Shown: positions 10,396 through 29,595 of the stretch, piece after piece
Layout of the letters: each line of letters opens with the position of its first letter
How positions within the stretch are numbered: position 1 is the first letter of the stretch
DNA from: Octopus vulgaris
Lineage: Eukaryota
Direction: 5' to 3'
Length of the DNA stretch: 64,000 nucleotides
Assembly (NCBI GenBank): GCA_951406725.2
Contig: OX597841.1
Coordinates: forward strand, 620,001-684,000
Program-made: the position numbers and the translations under genes
Notes under the pieces: generated by a model
What the model saw: only the letters and a program-made list of their open reading frames with translations
What the model was told of the DNA's origin: nothing
Databases searched by the model: none

Positions 10396-11167
10396 CATAA
10401 ATATTAGAGATTGAACACTATGTGGTTCACTCTAGTGCTAAAAATAGCTCCGCTAATGGTATAGCCACTTAAATGTAGTGGTATTTCTTCTTGGAAACAA
10501 CTTTTAGTGGCTATACCATTAGCGGAGCTATTTTTAGCACTAGAGTGAACCACATAGTAGTCACTCTCTAATATTTATGTATAAATTTGTATTTTTCCCT
10601 TGGTTTTTATGTGCTAAGCCACTTGGTGTTAAATTGATGGTATTATTAAAATAATATCAAATTTTTCACCCTCTTTTATAAATTTAATTATACTGCAGTA
10701 AATATTTTATGCAGTACTCGTTTCCAGTAAGTCTTATCGCCCTTTTGGCGGGGAAATTTGAATCATAACTACGAATACAATCGATTAAACCGCACGTGTA
10801 TTTGACGCTCGCTGCGACTTAATAAATTGTATTTAAGACAAAACTCTGCTGAAGATTTATGGATGTCGTGTAAGTAAAATTGCATATTACATTAATAATG
10901 AAACAATTGTTCAGGGTTAATCTATTTTTTCGTTGTGTTAAACTTACCTTACGTTAAATGTAGTGGTATTTCTTCTTGGAAACAGCTTTTAGTGGCTATG
11001 CCATTAGCGGAGCTATTTTTAGCACTAGAGTGAACCACATAGTAGTCACTTTCTAATATTTATGTATAAATTTGTATTTTTCCCTTCGTTTTTATGTGCT
11101 AAGCCACTTGGTGTTCAATTGATGGTATTATTAAATTAATATCAAATTTTTCACCTTCATTTATGAA
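10392..11167 (+). mobile_element. Non-coding PLE-like mini-element with ~210-bp direct repeats, 5' inverted segment and hammerhead
   Basis: 10470-10680 is repeated at 10955-11165; 10392-10468 is an inverted copy; (TA)n on both sides; absent from copy C. Confidence 0.7.
10842..10918 (+). ncRNA. Type-I hammerhead ribozyme, canonical core
   Basis: AACTCTG-CTGAAGA-tttat...ataat-GAAA-CAATT-GTT-CAGGGTT: 7-bp stem I (one G-U), palindromic ACAATTGT stem III. Confidence 0.75.
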
Positions 11168-11189
11168 TATATATATATATATATATATA

Positions 11190-11335
11190 GTTTACGAAAA
11201 AACAACAAAAGACACGAAAAAACAACAAAAGACAAAGACAGGTGGTGTAGAAAACAAACAGATGTATTAGTATAACGCTCAGGAATAGGAAAAGTCTTTT
11301 ACGTTTCGAGCCTACGCTCATCTATAAATAAATAA

Positions 11336-11379
<44 letters not shown>

Positions 11380-12740
11380 AATCCAAACGGGAAACAAAAA
11401 AAACAACAACAAGGGAACAATTACAGTATTATTATTAATAGGCGCTCAGGAAATGGAAGCAGGGAGGTATGACGTTTCGAGCGGAGCTCTTCGTCGGAAA
11501 CATAAAGAAGGAAGAGAGAGGAAAGAAAGATCCCGGAGCGGGCAACGGAGATAGAGAAAAAAACGGCTGGTGTTAGGAGTAGCACATGGTGAAAGGCGGA
11601 TGTTTACGATAACAAGAGCAAAGTGGGTTTTTAAAGGCAAAAGAGTGGAGACAAGGTTGGTAACGCAACAGATGTGTGTGTATGTGTGAGTGTGTGCGTG
11701 TGCGTGTGTGTATGTGTGTGTGTGAGGCGAGGTAAAAAAACAAAAAAATATATGTATGTGTTAGTGTGTGCGTCTGTGTGTAGGCGTGTGAGGTAGGGCG
11801 AGACGGTGGTCAGCATAGCAGCAGCATAGCAGACAAAGGTCAGTAGTGAGAAAAGGGAGGAAGGAGGAAGGGAGGGAGGGGAAGGGGTGGGGGCGTATGT
11901 AGCGTGCCAGCGTGTGTTGAGTAGTAGTGTGTGTGTGTGTCCAGTGTCGTGGTAGTATTAGTGGCGAGTAGATTGAATGTGTGTAAGAGTGATGTATATG
12001 TTTAAGCAATGTGTGTATATGTGTGCGCGTGTGTGTAACGAAAAAAAAGGGGGGGGGGTTTAGGAAAAGGACTCCAGCGGAGGGGAAGATGGAAGAGTGG
12101 TCCCGCGGAGACGGGCGTGGGAAAACCCAACGACAAGCGACATCCCAGGAACGGGCGGGAGGTCTCGTCGGGTCCAAGGGCGAGGTGCATGCGGGGCGCA
12201 TGCGTGCGCGAACCGGCGCAAACGCGTGTGTGCGCGAGCCTGCGAGTGTGCGCGTACGTATGTGTGCGTGTGGATGTGTGAGTGTGTCTGTGTGTATGTC
12301 TGGGTGGCAGTGTGTCCGATGAATGTATGTGAGTATGTGTTTATATATGTGTGTGCATAGATGTATGTCCGTGTGTGTGTGTGTGTGTGTATGTGTGTAT
12401 GAGTGTGTATGTATGTACGTGTGGGTGTGGGGAAGTGTGTGTATGTGCATGTGTGTGCGCGAACATACAGGTGTGTGAGTGAGTGCGTGTGTGTGTATGT
12501 ATGTGTGAGTGTGTATGTATGTGTGTAGGATGCATGTATGTGTATGGGTGTATGTATGCGTGTGTGTATGTATGTATGTGTACGTGCGTGTGTGTGTGTG
12601 TATGCGTGTAGGTGTGCGCGTGTGCATGCGTGCATGTATGTGCGTATGTGTGTGTGTGCATGTGTGTGGGTATATATGTGTGTGCGTATATGTGTGTGTA
12701 TGTGCGTACATGTGTGTGTGTGTGCATGTGTGTGTGTAGG

Positions 12741-12785
<45 letters not shown>

Positions 12786-12920
12786 AGGGAGAGTTTACGA
12801 AAAAACAACAAAGGAGAAAGACAGGTGGTGTACAAAACAAACAGATGTATTAGTATAACGCTCAGGAATAAGTAAAGTCTTTTACGTTTCGAGCCTACGC
12901 TCTTCTATAAATAAATAAAT
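11190..12920 (-). mobile_element. PLE-derived non-autonomous repeat block with ~140-bp direct repeats (11190-11340, 12790-12920) and an internal (CA)-rich tract
   Basis: Only one repeat unit is present in copy C (35911-36045); hammerhead-like motif at 11467-11501; related short copy at 23650-23845 (+). Confidence 0.55.
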
Positions 12921-12928
12921 ATATATAT

Positions 12929-13000
<72 letters not shown>

Positions 13001-13161
13001 CAACAAAGGACAAAGAAGGTGGTGTATAAAATTGCGGTTAAAATTGCAGTTTTTAAGGGTAAAATATGCCTGAACCATATCTAAACTGATCTAAAATATA
13101 AGTTACCTTTATTACTATTACTATGATAAATGATAAAGTGTGTGTAAAGGAATCTCATTTC

Positions 13162-13193
<32 letters not shown>

Positions 13194-13477
13194 GTGTAGG
13201 TGTAGGTGTGTGTGTGTGAGAGAGTGGAAGGGTGTATACATACCTCATCAATGGCAAGATGGTTCCAGAAATCCAGGATAGGATGTCGGAAGAAGTTCGG
13301 ACAAAAGACACCGTGACGTTTGACCACATTCCAGGTTGAAGGACTTCCTAGATTCAAAAATGGATTATAAACTTCCGAACCAGCTCCCATTGATAAGGCA
13401 TATGTTTTTATCCATTGGCTATCTAAAATAACAACAACAACAATAATAATAATAATAGTAGTATAATAATAATAATA

Positions 13478-13890
13478 GGCGCAGGCGTGGCTGTGTGGTA
13501 AGTAGCTTGTTTACCAACCACATGGTTCCGGGTTCAGTCCCATTGCGTGGCACCTTGGGCAAGTGTCTTCTACTATAGCCTCGGGCTGACCAAAGCCTTG
13601 TGAGTGGATTTGGTAGACGGAAACTGAAAGAAGCCCGTCGTATATATGTATATATATGTATGCGTGTCTATGTTTGTGTGTCTGTGTTTGTCCCCCTAGC
13701 ATTGCTTGACAACTGATGCTGGTGTGTTTACGTCCCCGTTACTTAGCGGTTCGGCAAAAGAGACTGATAGAATAAGTACTGGGCTTACAAAAGAATAAGT
13801 CCCGGGGGTCGAGTTGCTCGACTACAGGCGGTGCTCCAGCATGGCCGCAGTCAAATGACTGAAAAAGTAAAAGAGTAAAAGAGTAAGAGA
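13478..13890 (+). mobile_element. tRNA-derived SINE (relatives at ~22860-23030, 23305-23460, 46585-46760, 60895-61500)
   Basis: Head GGCGTGGCTGTGTGGTAAG...GGTTCAGTCCC (A/B-box-like); tail GCGGTGCTCCAGCATGGCCGCAGTC and (GTAAAAGA)n. Confidence 0.8.
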
Positions 13891-14016
13891 GAGAGTAGTA
13901 ATAATAATAATAATAATAATATTAATAATAATAGTAATAATAATAATAATAGTAATGATAATAGTAATAATAATAGCAGTAGTTGTAGTAGTAGTTGTAA
14001 TTATGATGATGATGAT

Positions 14017-14059
<43 letters not shown>

Positions 14060-14607
14060 GATGCAGTACCAGGCAGTGGCTCTCATGGCTTCTGATCTTA
14101 ACTGATTGGAAGTGTTATCATGTACATTGTTTTGTCTTGGTATAAAAGATGGGCTACAGCAAATATTCTGCTCAATACCACAGATTTGCTTGTCAGTTGT
14201 TTGACCTAAACCAGTTGAGCATGTCCCTTAGTGGCTGACGATATGTGCATCTCTGATCACGAGCAGAAATAGTGGGGAGCATCATAGCCATGTGTTGAGA
14301 GGGATTCTTTGGGGTTTGAATATTTCACCTCTGGAAACACTGGTGGTTCTTTCAACATCCTTAAACAACCCTTATTCAGGGACCTTTTGAGCGGGATGGG
14401 CTACTCAACCTGAAGAAAATTCTAACTGGGCCCCACCTGCAAGGTCATGTGCTGTGTATCTTGATATGAGATCACCATGTCACGCACATATGGTTATGAT
14501 GCATGTGCCTGGTGTACCTTTATCAGACGGGTAGTCATGATGGGTATATTGGGCTTCGTATATTTTACCCTAGTGTCACTTTGATGGCATAAACTGCTCT
14601 CTTACTT
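14060..14607 (+). mobile_element. ~500-550-bp non-coding dispersed repeat adjoining (TAA)n (also 15148-15630 +, 26030-26554 -, 34415-34892 -, 54871-55378 +)
   Basis: Shared head GATGCAGTACCAGGCAGTGGCTCTCATGGC and tail GTCACTTTGATGGCAT. Confidence 0.8.
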
Positions 14608-14630
14608 AATAATAATAATAATGATAATAA

Positions 14631-14999
<369 letters not shown>

Positions 15000-15090
15000 T
15001 GGTGCTGGTGGTGCTGGTAGTGGTAGTGGTGGTGGTGGTGGTGGATGATGGTGATGGTGATGGTGATGGTGGTGGTGATGGTGGTGGTGG

Positions 15091-15139
<49 letters not shown>

Positions 15140-16864
15140 AATAATAGTACTCTGATGCAGTACCAAGCAGTGGCTCTCATGGCTTCTGATCTTAACTGAT
15201 TGGAAGTGTTATCAGGTACACTGTTTTGTCTTTGTAAAAAAGATGGTCTACAGCAAATATTCTGCTCAATACCACAGATTTGTTTGTCAGTTGACCTTAA
15301 TCAGTCAACCATGTCCCTTAGTGGCTGACGATATGTGCATCTCTGATCATGAGCAGAAGTAGTGGGGGGGCATCATAGCCATGTGTTGAAAGGAATTCTT
15401 GGAGGTTTGGATAATTCACCTCTTCAGGGATTTTTTGAGCGGGATGGGCTACTTGACCAGAAGGAAATTCTAACTGGGCCCCACCTACAAGGTCATACGC
15501 TGTTACCTTGATATGAGATCACCATGTCGCGCACATATGGTTGTAATGCGTGTGCCTGGTGTACCCTTATCAGACATGATGGGTATACTGGGCTTCGTAT
15601 ATTTTACCCCTATGTCACTTTGATGGTATTCATACATACACACATACGTACATGCACACTGAACCACACACATGCGCACAAACAAGCAAAAAGGAACGCA
15701 GTGTAAATAACGGACAGAGTCAAGATTATTGAAAAGGTTGCAAGATATAGGGAAATTTTCCACTTATATGGAAATTATAAGTGGAAATTATAAGGCACAA
15801 AAAGAAAATGACTCTCCCCAGACACAACAGGATATGCTTCAACACAGGAACTCATATAAAGAATCTTAGAAACCAAATCCAAATACGAAATGATAATAGG
15901 AATTTAAAAAATGGTGGGAAGACAAACAACTTCCAGTGCTTGAAAATGATCATATCTCAATCCTTTGGAACTTTACTGTTCAAACTGACAGAAAGATAGA
16001 TGCAACGAGGCCAGATATTATAAGGAAGGATGTGAAACAAAAATCATGTTTCCTCATCCATATGACTGTCCCAAACAAGACCAACCAAAAGCTGTGCAAA
16101 CTTAGAGGTCCGGCAAAAGGAGTCCGATATAATAAGTACTAGGCTCACAAAGAATAAATCCAGGAGTCGATTTGTTCGACCAAAGGCGGTGCTCCAGCAT
16201 GACCGCAGTCAAATGACTGAAACAAATAAAAAAAGAAGAAGAAGAAGAAGAATGCTTCACTTACATCTATAAAAGGAAATCTCGTTGGTGTCACTCGTGC
16301 TGACGACTGTCATTATATTCTTCGGTGAGTAATTCTTGCAAACACGACTGACATTGTTGTAAGGGAAGAATTCTGATTGGCTGCTTAGAGCGAGGCCGGC
16401 ACATTCCAGCAGACTTCGTGTTGAATAGAATATTTCCGATGATGATGATTGAAGGTAATCATAAGAGTAGCCAGGAGGCAAACGTTCGTAGCTTGCTTCA
16501 CGTTCCTGATCTGAGCTAACAACCAGAATGGTTGCAAGAGTTAACAGAAGCACTGTTATCACAGCAGGATGGGTAACAGGAAACCGGGACATTCTTGGCT
16601 CTATAATTGCTAGAGGGAGAAAGAAAGAGAAAAGAAATTATAAGAAAGAGAATGCGAGAAAGAGAGAGAGAGAGATTCGGCAAAGTGGCGGAGACAAATT
16701 TAATATATAAAGGAAGAAGGGGTAAGAGGGTACGAGTGATGATGGGAAACTGTTAGAGAGTAACAGGGAGAAATCCTGAAAGAGAGGAGGTAAATAAATT
16801 GAGAAAATGGAAAATGTTGATGTGAGATTGTTGTGGGGATGCCCCCAGAAGACGAAGTAGGCTA

Positions 16865-17510
16865 GTGAAGGTTGTCTATATATAATGTATATTGAATGCA
16901 AGATACGATAATTTCATGACTTTGTAATGTACAAAATTAAGATTATTCTGTACAAATAAGTTAGAATACACTCAAATGCACAACAACTTAAAATCTTTGG
17001 GATTTAGACTTTCTTTGGTGTTCTGTCTCAGGTTCATCCCTGTACAACATCTAACAGTAGTCAGCTAATATTCCTGCATTCCAAAATCCTTAATATCGTT
17101 GTTCCATTGATGGGATATATTGATGAAATCGTTCACCTTGCTCACAGACACTGCTCCAAGGTTCTCTGCAAAAAAGTCCAGATGTGAATCAACGAAATGG
17201 ACTTTTAGTGCTGGGATGTACACCGTCATAGTTAAGAGCAGAACAGCAACATTGAGCTTCTAACACAGAAGAATGTAACGAAATAAAAACTTACCTTTGT
17301 TACTGATGAGGCTAACAATTATTTTTGGAAACATTAACGACTGTCGTCTGTTGTCGGTTCTATCAACTGATGCCACTAAACTAACGATGAATCTGTACAA
17401 ATGTCTGAATTGTTCACTTTACAAATGACTTCAACAATCCTCTAAACTTCACAGCTATGCCAACCGTCCACTTCCGTCACTATTGTTCACTTGAGATCAG
17501 TCTAGTGTAA
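16865..17510 (-). mobile_element. Degraded DNA transposon, probably Chapaev/CMC-like (longer direct copy at 31092-31890)
   Basis: Broken peptide LKVHF..DSHLDFFAENLGAVS..EQGERFHQ...MEQRY*GFW...LADYC; family assignment is from memory of the motif. Confidence 0.55.
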
Positions 17511-18486
17511 ACATTTCTAACCTGAGTCGAAACTATATTCGATTGATAGCAAGCCTTACTTCATTAGATATACTTAAATGATTCAATATGTTTATTTACA
17601 TATGTTTTTATACAAACACACATGTATATACATGAACAGGACATGAAGAAGAACAAGAAAGGGGAAATATTCGAAACTATATTCGATCGATAGCAAGCCA
17701 TACTTCATTAAATATACTTCATGGACTTCCGGTTTTTTCATCGGGATCTTTACAATGTGTAGGTTTGAATATTGCTGTTGGTGGTGGTGGGGCGTTGGTT
17801 GTAGTAGTGGAGCTTTTAATGGGGCGTTGATAGGGAGGTTGTATTTGTGGTGATGATTGGATGATTTAAGGATATGATTTTTGCAAGGATGGTATTGGTG
17901 GTGCTGGTGTTGGTGGTGGTGCTGGTGTTGGTGGTGGTGCTGGTGTTGGTGGTGGTGGTGGTGGGTAGATACAGTGATTTGTTGTACTGCGGTGATATGA
18001 CAGTGGTTGTAAGGTGTTGGTTGTGGTGTTGGTGTTTGTGGTGAGATGTTGTAGGAAGGCAGAAGTAGCGCTGGTTATAGTGGTGGTGATGGTGGTAGTG
18101 GCAGTTATGTCAATGTTGCAGCTATTGTTGTGACTGTTGTTATGAGAGTGGCGGTGGTAGTGGTGGTGATAACAATGTTGAGGTTGTTGTTGGGACATGT
18201 TTTAGCTGTATAGGTGATAGTTGGTGATGGTAGCGTGGCTAATCCACTTAGCAAATACGGGAAGAAAAGGGCAGATCTTGTGACCCCAACTTTTAAAACT
18301 GTAGCTGTAACTGCTAGAAACACATAGATCAAGTGTTAGCCATTGCGATGTATGGCAGGACATCGAACATATATGAAGGGCAAGGCACTTCAGCGAGGTC
18401 GAAATACTACAGGCAGAAGAAAAGAGAAAGAATATAAGAAAGAGACAAACACGCTCGTGCCGAGAGTAAGAGAGAGAGTTTGAGAG

Positions 18487-18538
<52 letters not shown>

Positions 18539-19440
18539 CGAGAGAGTGTGAGGTGGGGTGCTCTGACGGTGGGCAGATGAAATCGACGTTTCTCAGATTC
18601 AGATATCTCCAATCAAATTTACAATGAGACAAAGTACCTGGCACGTAAAGTGTCGTCAAGCGCTCATTTTTTTCTGCTAGTCGAGCAATGAGTAGTTGGA
18701 AACCCCACCATGCCATTCCATAGGGAATTAGTGGCCCTGGGCGTTAGCAAGAATCATACGGTTGGTCACTTCCGGGATACTTTCGATTCAGGACCAGTGG
18801 ATAATTTTCAGTGAACACTGACCTGGAATTCTTACCGAAACCGGTATTAACTCTACAAATATGGTATTGTCCTCAGTTCTGCTTTTACTCATACAAGGCC
18901 CAATCGTTTAAGCAGGATTCGATACAATAATGAAGGTAACCCCGCCGCCTTTTTAGGGAATGGAAAGTCACGCAGATTTTCTCTTTCTGGAAGATATGTT
19001 GCAATTAGTTTTGTAATGAAGAGAACTGAAATGGCTAATAAGAGATACAAGTTCCTCTTTGGCCAAGTCCTTATCGACGTTTGTGAGTTCCAGCTGAAGA
19101 GGAAGGTGAGGACGGATGGGGAGGTGCAGCCCAAGCCAGTAAAATAGTTGAAAGTTGTGTAAAAGTGGCGAGGACAGCCTGAGGTGTGGGGCCTACATTA
19201 AGCTCTTGCTTGTAGGATAGCGGGGGCTATAGTTTGTGGGTCATTGATGGGATCTCTGGTGGTTCCTTGATTACCCTAAAGGTGACCGCATCCACCCACT
19301 ATCAGGGAATTTGGTTATAATAATTTTCTTGATAATTATTGTGTTGTATTATTTTTGTATTGTGATTATGCAAATATCCGCTGACCATTGTAATATCCTA
19401 ACTGTTTTTGCGGTCCTTAGGGAGCAATAAATCAAACATC

Positions 19441-19510
<70 letters not shown>

Positions 19511-20632
19511 AAATGAAACATACAATAAAATATTGATCAGGTAAGTTTTTGATCGAATGATTCAATATGTTTATTTACATATGTTTTTATACAAACACAC
19601 AGGTATATACATGAACAGGACATGAAGAAGGACAAGAAAGGTGAAATATTCAATAACATAAAACTAGATACGTCATATTTGAATATAATGGTGGTTGCCA
19701 CATTCGGATTGACTTTTATTATTGATCTTCTATACCATGATTGACCTGATGCGAAACATCAACATCAGTAAATTGAAGATCAGAGGAGATTTGTTATTCA
19801 TTTCAATAAATATTTTATAAAATATATAAAATATAATAGAATGCAATATAAATTATATTGCAATACTTGGGTATATTCAAATTTGGAATGAAATAGCAGT
19901 GAGGGGTACAGGAGGCCCGGGATGTGTAGTGAGTGTTTGAAATATGCGGTTCCTAAATGAAGACAGATGTTAAAGAATGTCTCTGAGAGATGGTCACTCG
20001 TCTATAAAACCAGATAATGAAGAAATGACATTGAATATTTTATAAACCTTTTGATTGTGTTTCAGATAACGATGGTCCCACATTTCTAAGACGGTGACCC
20101 GTTCTGGTTCGGGGTATCTTGCACTGGCTTCTCTGTGAATCATGACACCTACTGTGGATAGGGTTTGTGAGGTGTTGTGCTAGCTTTATTGGAGCCAAAA
20201 TTATGTGATCCGCAATCGCAGGAGAGGCGAATTTCCGATGGACGGTCAAGTATGGGGCGCAACGGAACAAGCATGAAAGCCACAGGTGCGAATCCAGGTG
20301 AAGCTGGTGTCGTCTTCAATGATCAGTGATGGTCTTCTTCGGTCACGGGTGGCTATCATCTGACAACATTAAACAATGGTAAATGGATATTTATGATTTA
20401 AACCATAAATCCCAAAATAAACCACAAAAATAACGACTTCCCCTTTAAAAGCACGTGTGTTTCGAAAGGTAACAGGAAAGCGCTCACCCTCTAGCAAAAA
20501 AAGGGTTCTACACAAAATAGGTTACTTATATCCCCATAAAAGATTTCATAACATTATTTTTATAAAAATCACCTTTACACTTCATAAACTGTGTGATGTA
20601 ATTCTCATAGATTTTCATATCTCTCTCTCTCT

Positions 20633-20693
<61 letters not shown>

Positions 20694-21042
20694 ATCTATC
20701 TATCTATCTATGTATCTATCTGTCTATGGCTGCAGCATTTCCTGTTTTGCATGGTTCTTTATGGGAATTCGCGTGTTGAAACATATTTTGTTGTGGCTGA
20801 GAAGATTTATTCAGCCTTAATAACTAACACGCTCTTCTGTTCAATTTACGCTTCTTTTTTGTTTTGTGACAAAATAAATAAGTATAAGAAATTAGTGGAA
20901 ATTGAACCGGTGAGTGTGTTAAATATTAAAGCAGTATGACACTCTTCATAACCAACTATATATATATATATACATATAAATATATATATATATATATATA
21001 GGGTCAGTTCGTTTCATCCAGGTCGAATCCTAGCGCGCATAA

Positions 21043-21962
21043 TCTATATATATAAAACTGAGAATATGTGTCTGTTTGTCTGTCTGTGTGAATCACTAAA
21101 ACTTGAGAACTACACAACCAATTCCATTCAAATTTTACATATGCCTTACTTAGGGTCCGAGAAGTGTCATGGGCAAAATAATTTTTACTTCTTGCCTAGG
21201 GCGAGCCCACAGTAATATCATATCTTCTCCACTATTTCAGTATTACGTGTTAAAAGTGAAACAAAAGCATCTCTCTATTGTATGTATATGGATGGCCTGG
21301 CCTTGGCTGGCTGGCTTGCTGTCCGGTACTTGGCTGCCTGGCTGGCCCAGCCTTGGCTTGTTGGCGGGAAACTGGCCTAGGCTGGCTGGCTGGCCCTGTT
21401 TTGGATACATGGCTGGTTCTGGGCTTGGTTTGCTGGCTGGTGACTGGCTTAGGCTGGCTGGCTGGCTGGCTGGATCGGTTTTGAATAGCTGGCTGGTCCT
21501 GGGATTGGCTTACTGGCTGACACAAGCATTGTTATTATTATTATTATTTATAGTGCATTGTTGTGCCATTCAAAACACATTATTATTTACTATATTTTTT
21601 ATAATTTACTTGTTTTAGTCGTTAGACTGAGGCCATGTTGGAGCATATCCTCGAAGGCTTTAGTTGAACAAATTAATTCCAACACTTGTTATTAAAGTCT
21701 GGTACCTATTCTATTGTCTCTGTTGCCAAACTGCAAAATTTGGGGGAGATAAACAAACTAATACTGCTCATCTTGCCTGTCAAGCAGTGAGAGGTGGGAC
21801 ACATACATACACAAACACTTATACGCATACGTATATATGTATATGTGTGTGTGTGTGAGCAAGATCACATCTTTTCCACTATTTCAGTATTACGTGTTAA
21901 AAGTGAAAGAAAAGCATCTCTCTATTGTATGTATGTGGATGTGTATATATATATATATATAT

Positions 21963-22003
<41 letters not shown>

Positions 22004-22026
22004 CATATATATATAACTGAGTATGG

Positions 22027-22060
<34 letters not shown>

Positions 22061-22247
22061 GTGAATCCCTAAAACTTGAGAACTCCACAACCAATTTCAT
22101 TCAAGATTTACACAATACTTTTAACTTCTAGCCTTGGGCGAGCTCATAGCAATATCATATCTTCTCCACTATGAATCCCTAAAACTTGAGAACCACACAA
22201 CCAATTTTATTCAAATTTTACCCGGCGCTGCCGGGTCATAGTGCTAG
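21043..22247 (+). mobile_element. Non-autonomous Helitron with an internal (GGCT)-rich tandem tract
   Basis: 5' A|TCTATATATATAAAA; 3' hairpin CCCGGC-GCT-GCCGGG (22221-22235) then CTAG|T; inserted between A and T. Confidence 0.75.
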
Positions 22248-23055
22248 TGATTATATAAACACACAAATAAGCAGGAGTACCACAGAGAATGTGTCTTAGA
22301 ATGACCTTTCCATTTTGTGAAAATCTGGTAAGTTTTTTTAAAATGCCATTTTATATTTATTACTTGATTGTTATACCAAAACACACAGATTTATAAATTG
22401 TTACGTCAAAAATTTATTGAAAATTTCCAACATGTGCTCCGTCTGTATCCTTGCGAATTTCACATTTATCCTTTAGCGGTTATCTCCTGCACTGCTAACT
22501 GAATGCTCCCTTTAAGTTCAGCCAAACTATTGCTTCAACTTTTGGATGGAGGTCGAGAGAATGATTTCAGCGAAATCGAATGAAAAGCTGTCCTGGAGAG
22601 ATAAGCGGATTCCAACAAGAACGAAAGTAAAAGTATGGATAAAAATCGTAAGAATTATAATATTACAAAAGTTTAGATTAGATAACTTTATTGTCAATAA
22701 ACTTTTAATAGGTGTTAAGAATGATAAACATAAATAAAAGTGAGTTTCTAAGTAAATAACACTGAGTTTTACTGAAATAGTTAATTTTGGGATACTCAGT
22801 ATGTGCGTGCATTCACACACACATACACACATACATACATACACGCACACACAGTGATGCTGGCGTTGTTGTGTGATTAAGAAGCTTGCTTTGCAACCAT
22901 GTGCTTTCGAGTTCAATCCTACTGTGCAGCACCCTGGACAAGAGTTTTCTACTTATAGTCCCGGGTTTTATCATAAAAGTAATTATTTGCGAGTGAATTT
23001 GGTTGACAGAAGACGTGTGGTCACGTCGTATAAAACAGATCTTTTGATTGGTTAG

Positions 23056-29200
<6,145 letters not shown>

Positions 29201-29431
29201 TCTTGGCTCTATAATTGCTAGAGGGAGAAAGAAAGAGAAAAGAAATTATATGAAAGAGAATGAGAGAGAGAGAGAGAGATTCGGCAAAGTGGCGGAAAGA
29301 AATATATTATATAAAGGAAGAAGGGGTAAGAGGGTACGAGTGGTGATGGGAATCTGTTAGAGAGTAACAGGGAGAAACCTGAAAGAGAGGAGGGAAATAA
29401 ATTGAGAAAATGGAAAATGTTGGTGTGAGAT

Positions 29432-29595
29432 TGTTGTGGGGACACCCCAAGACGACGAAGTAGGCTAGCCCAAAACGTAGATTATAGAGGGAGAAGCCTA
29501 GACGTCAGCAGCACAGCTGAGTAGCAATCGGAGAGTAGTAATAGAACAGAGCAGAGGAGAGTTGTGTAGAAGGCATCCGAACGTGCGGCATAACA
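29432..29595 (+). mobile_element. Solo-LTR-like insertion with 5-bp TSD GAGAT (duplicated at 33049-33209 -, truncated at ~16829-16864)
   Basis: TGTTG...TAACA termini flanked by GAGAT on both sides. Confidence 0.7.

Noticed and set aside
16257-16264. Exon-1 ORFs read as complete single-exon ~110-aa genes ending FYRCK or FYRSK
   Set aside because: The last codons and stop come from the GTAAGTGA donor, and phase-compatible downstream exons exist. Intron retention is not excluded.
17770-19320. Pro/His-rich ORF (17866-18198) and adjacent GC-richer stretch
   Set aside because: Low-complexity GGT repeat; the duplicate at 32150-32670 does not keep the ORF; no recognisable domain.
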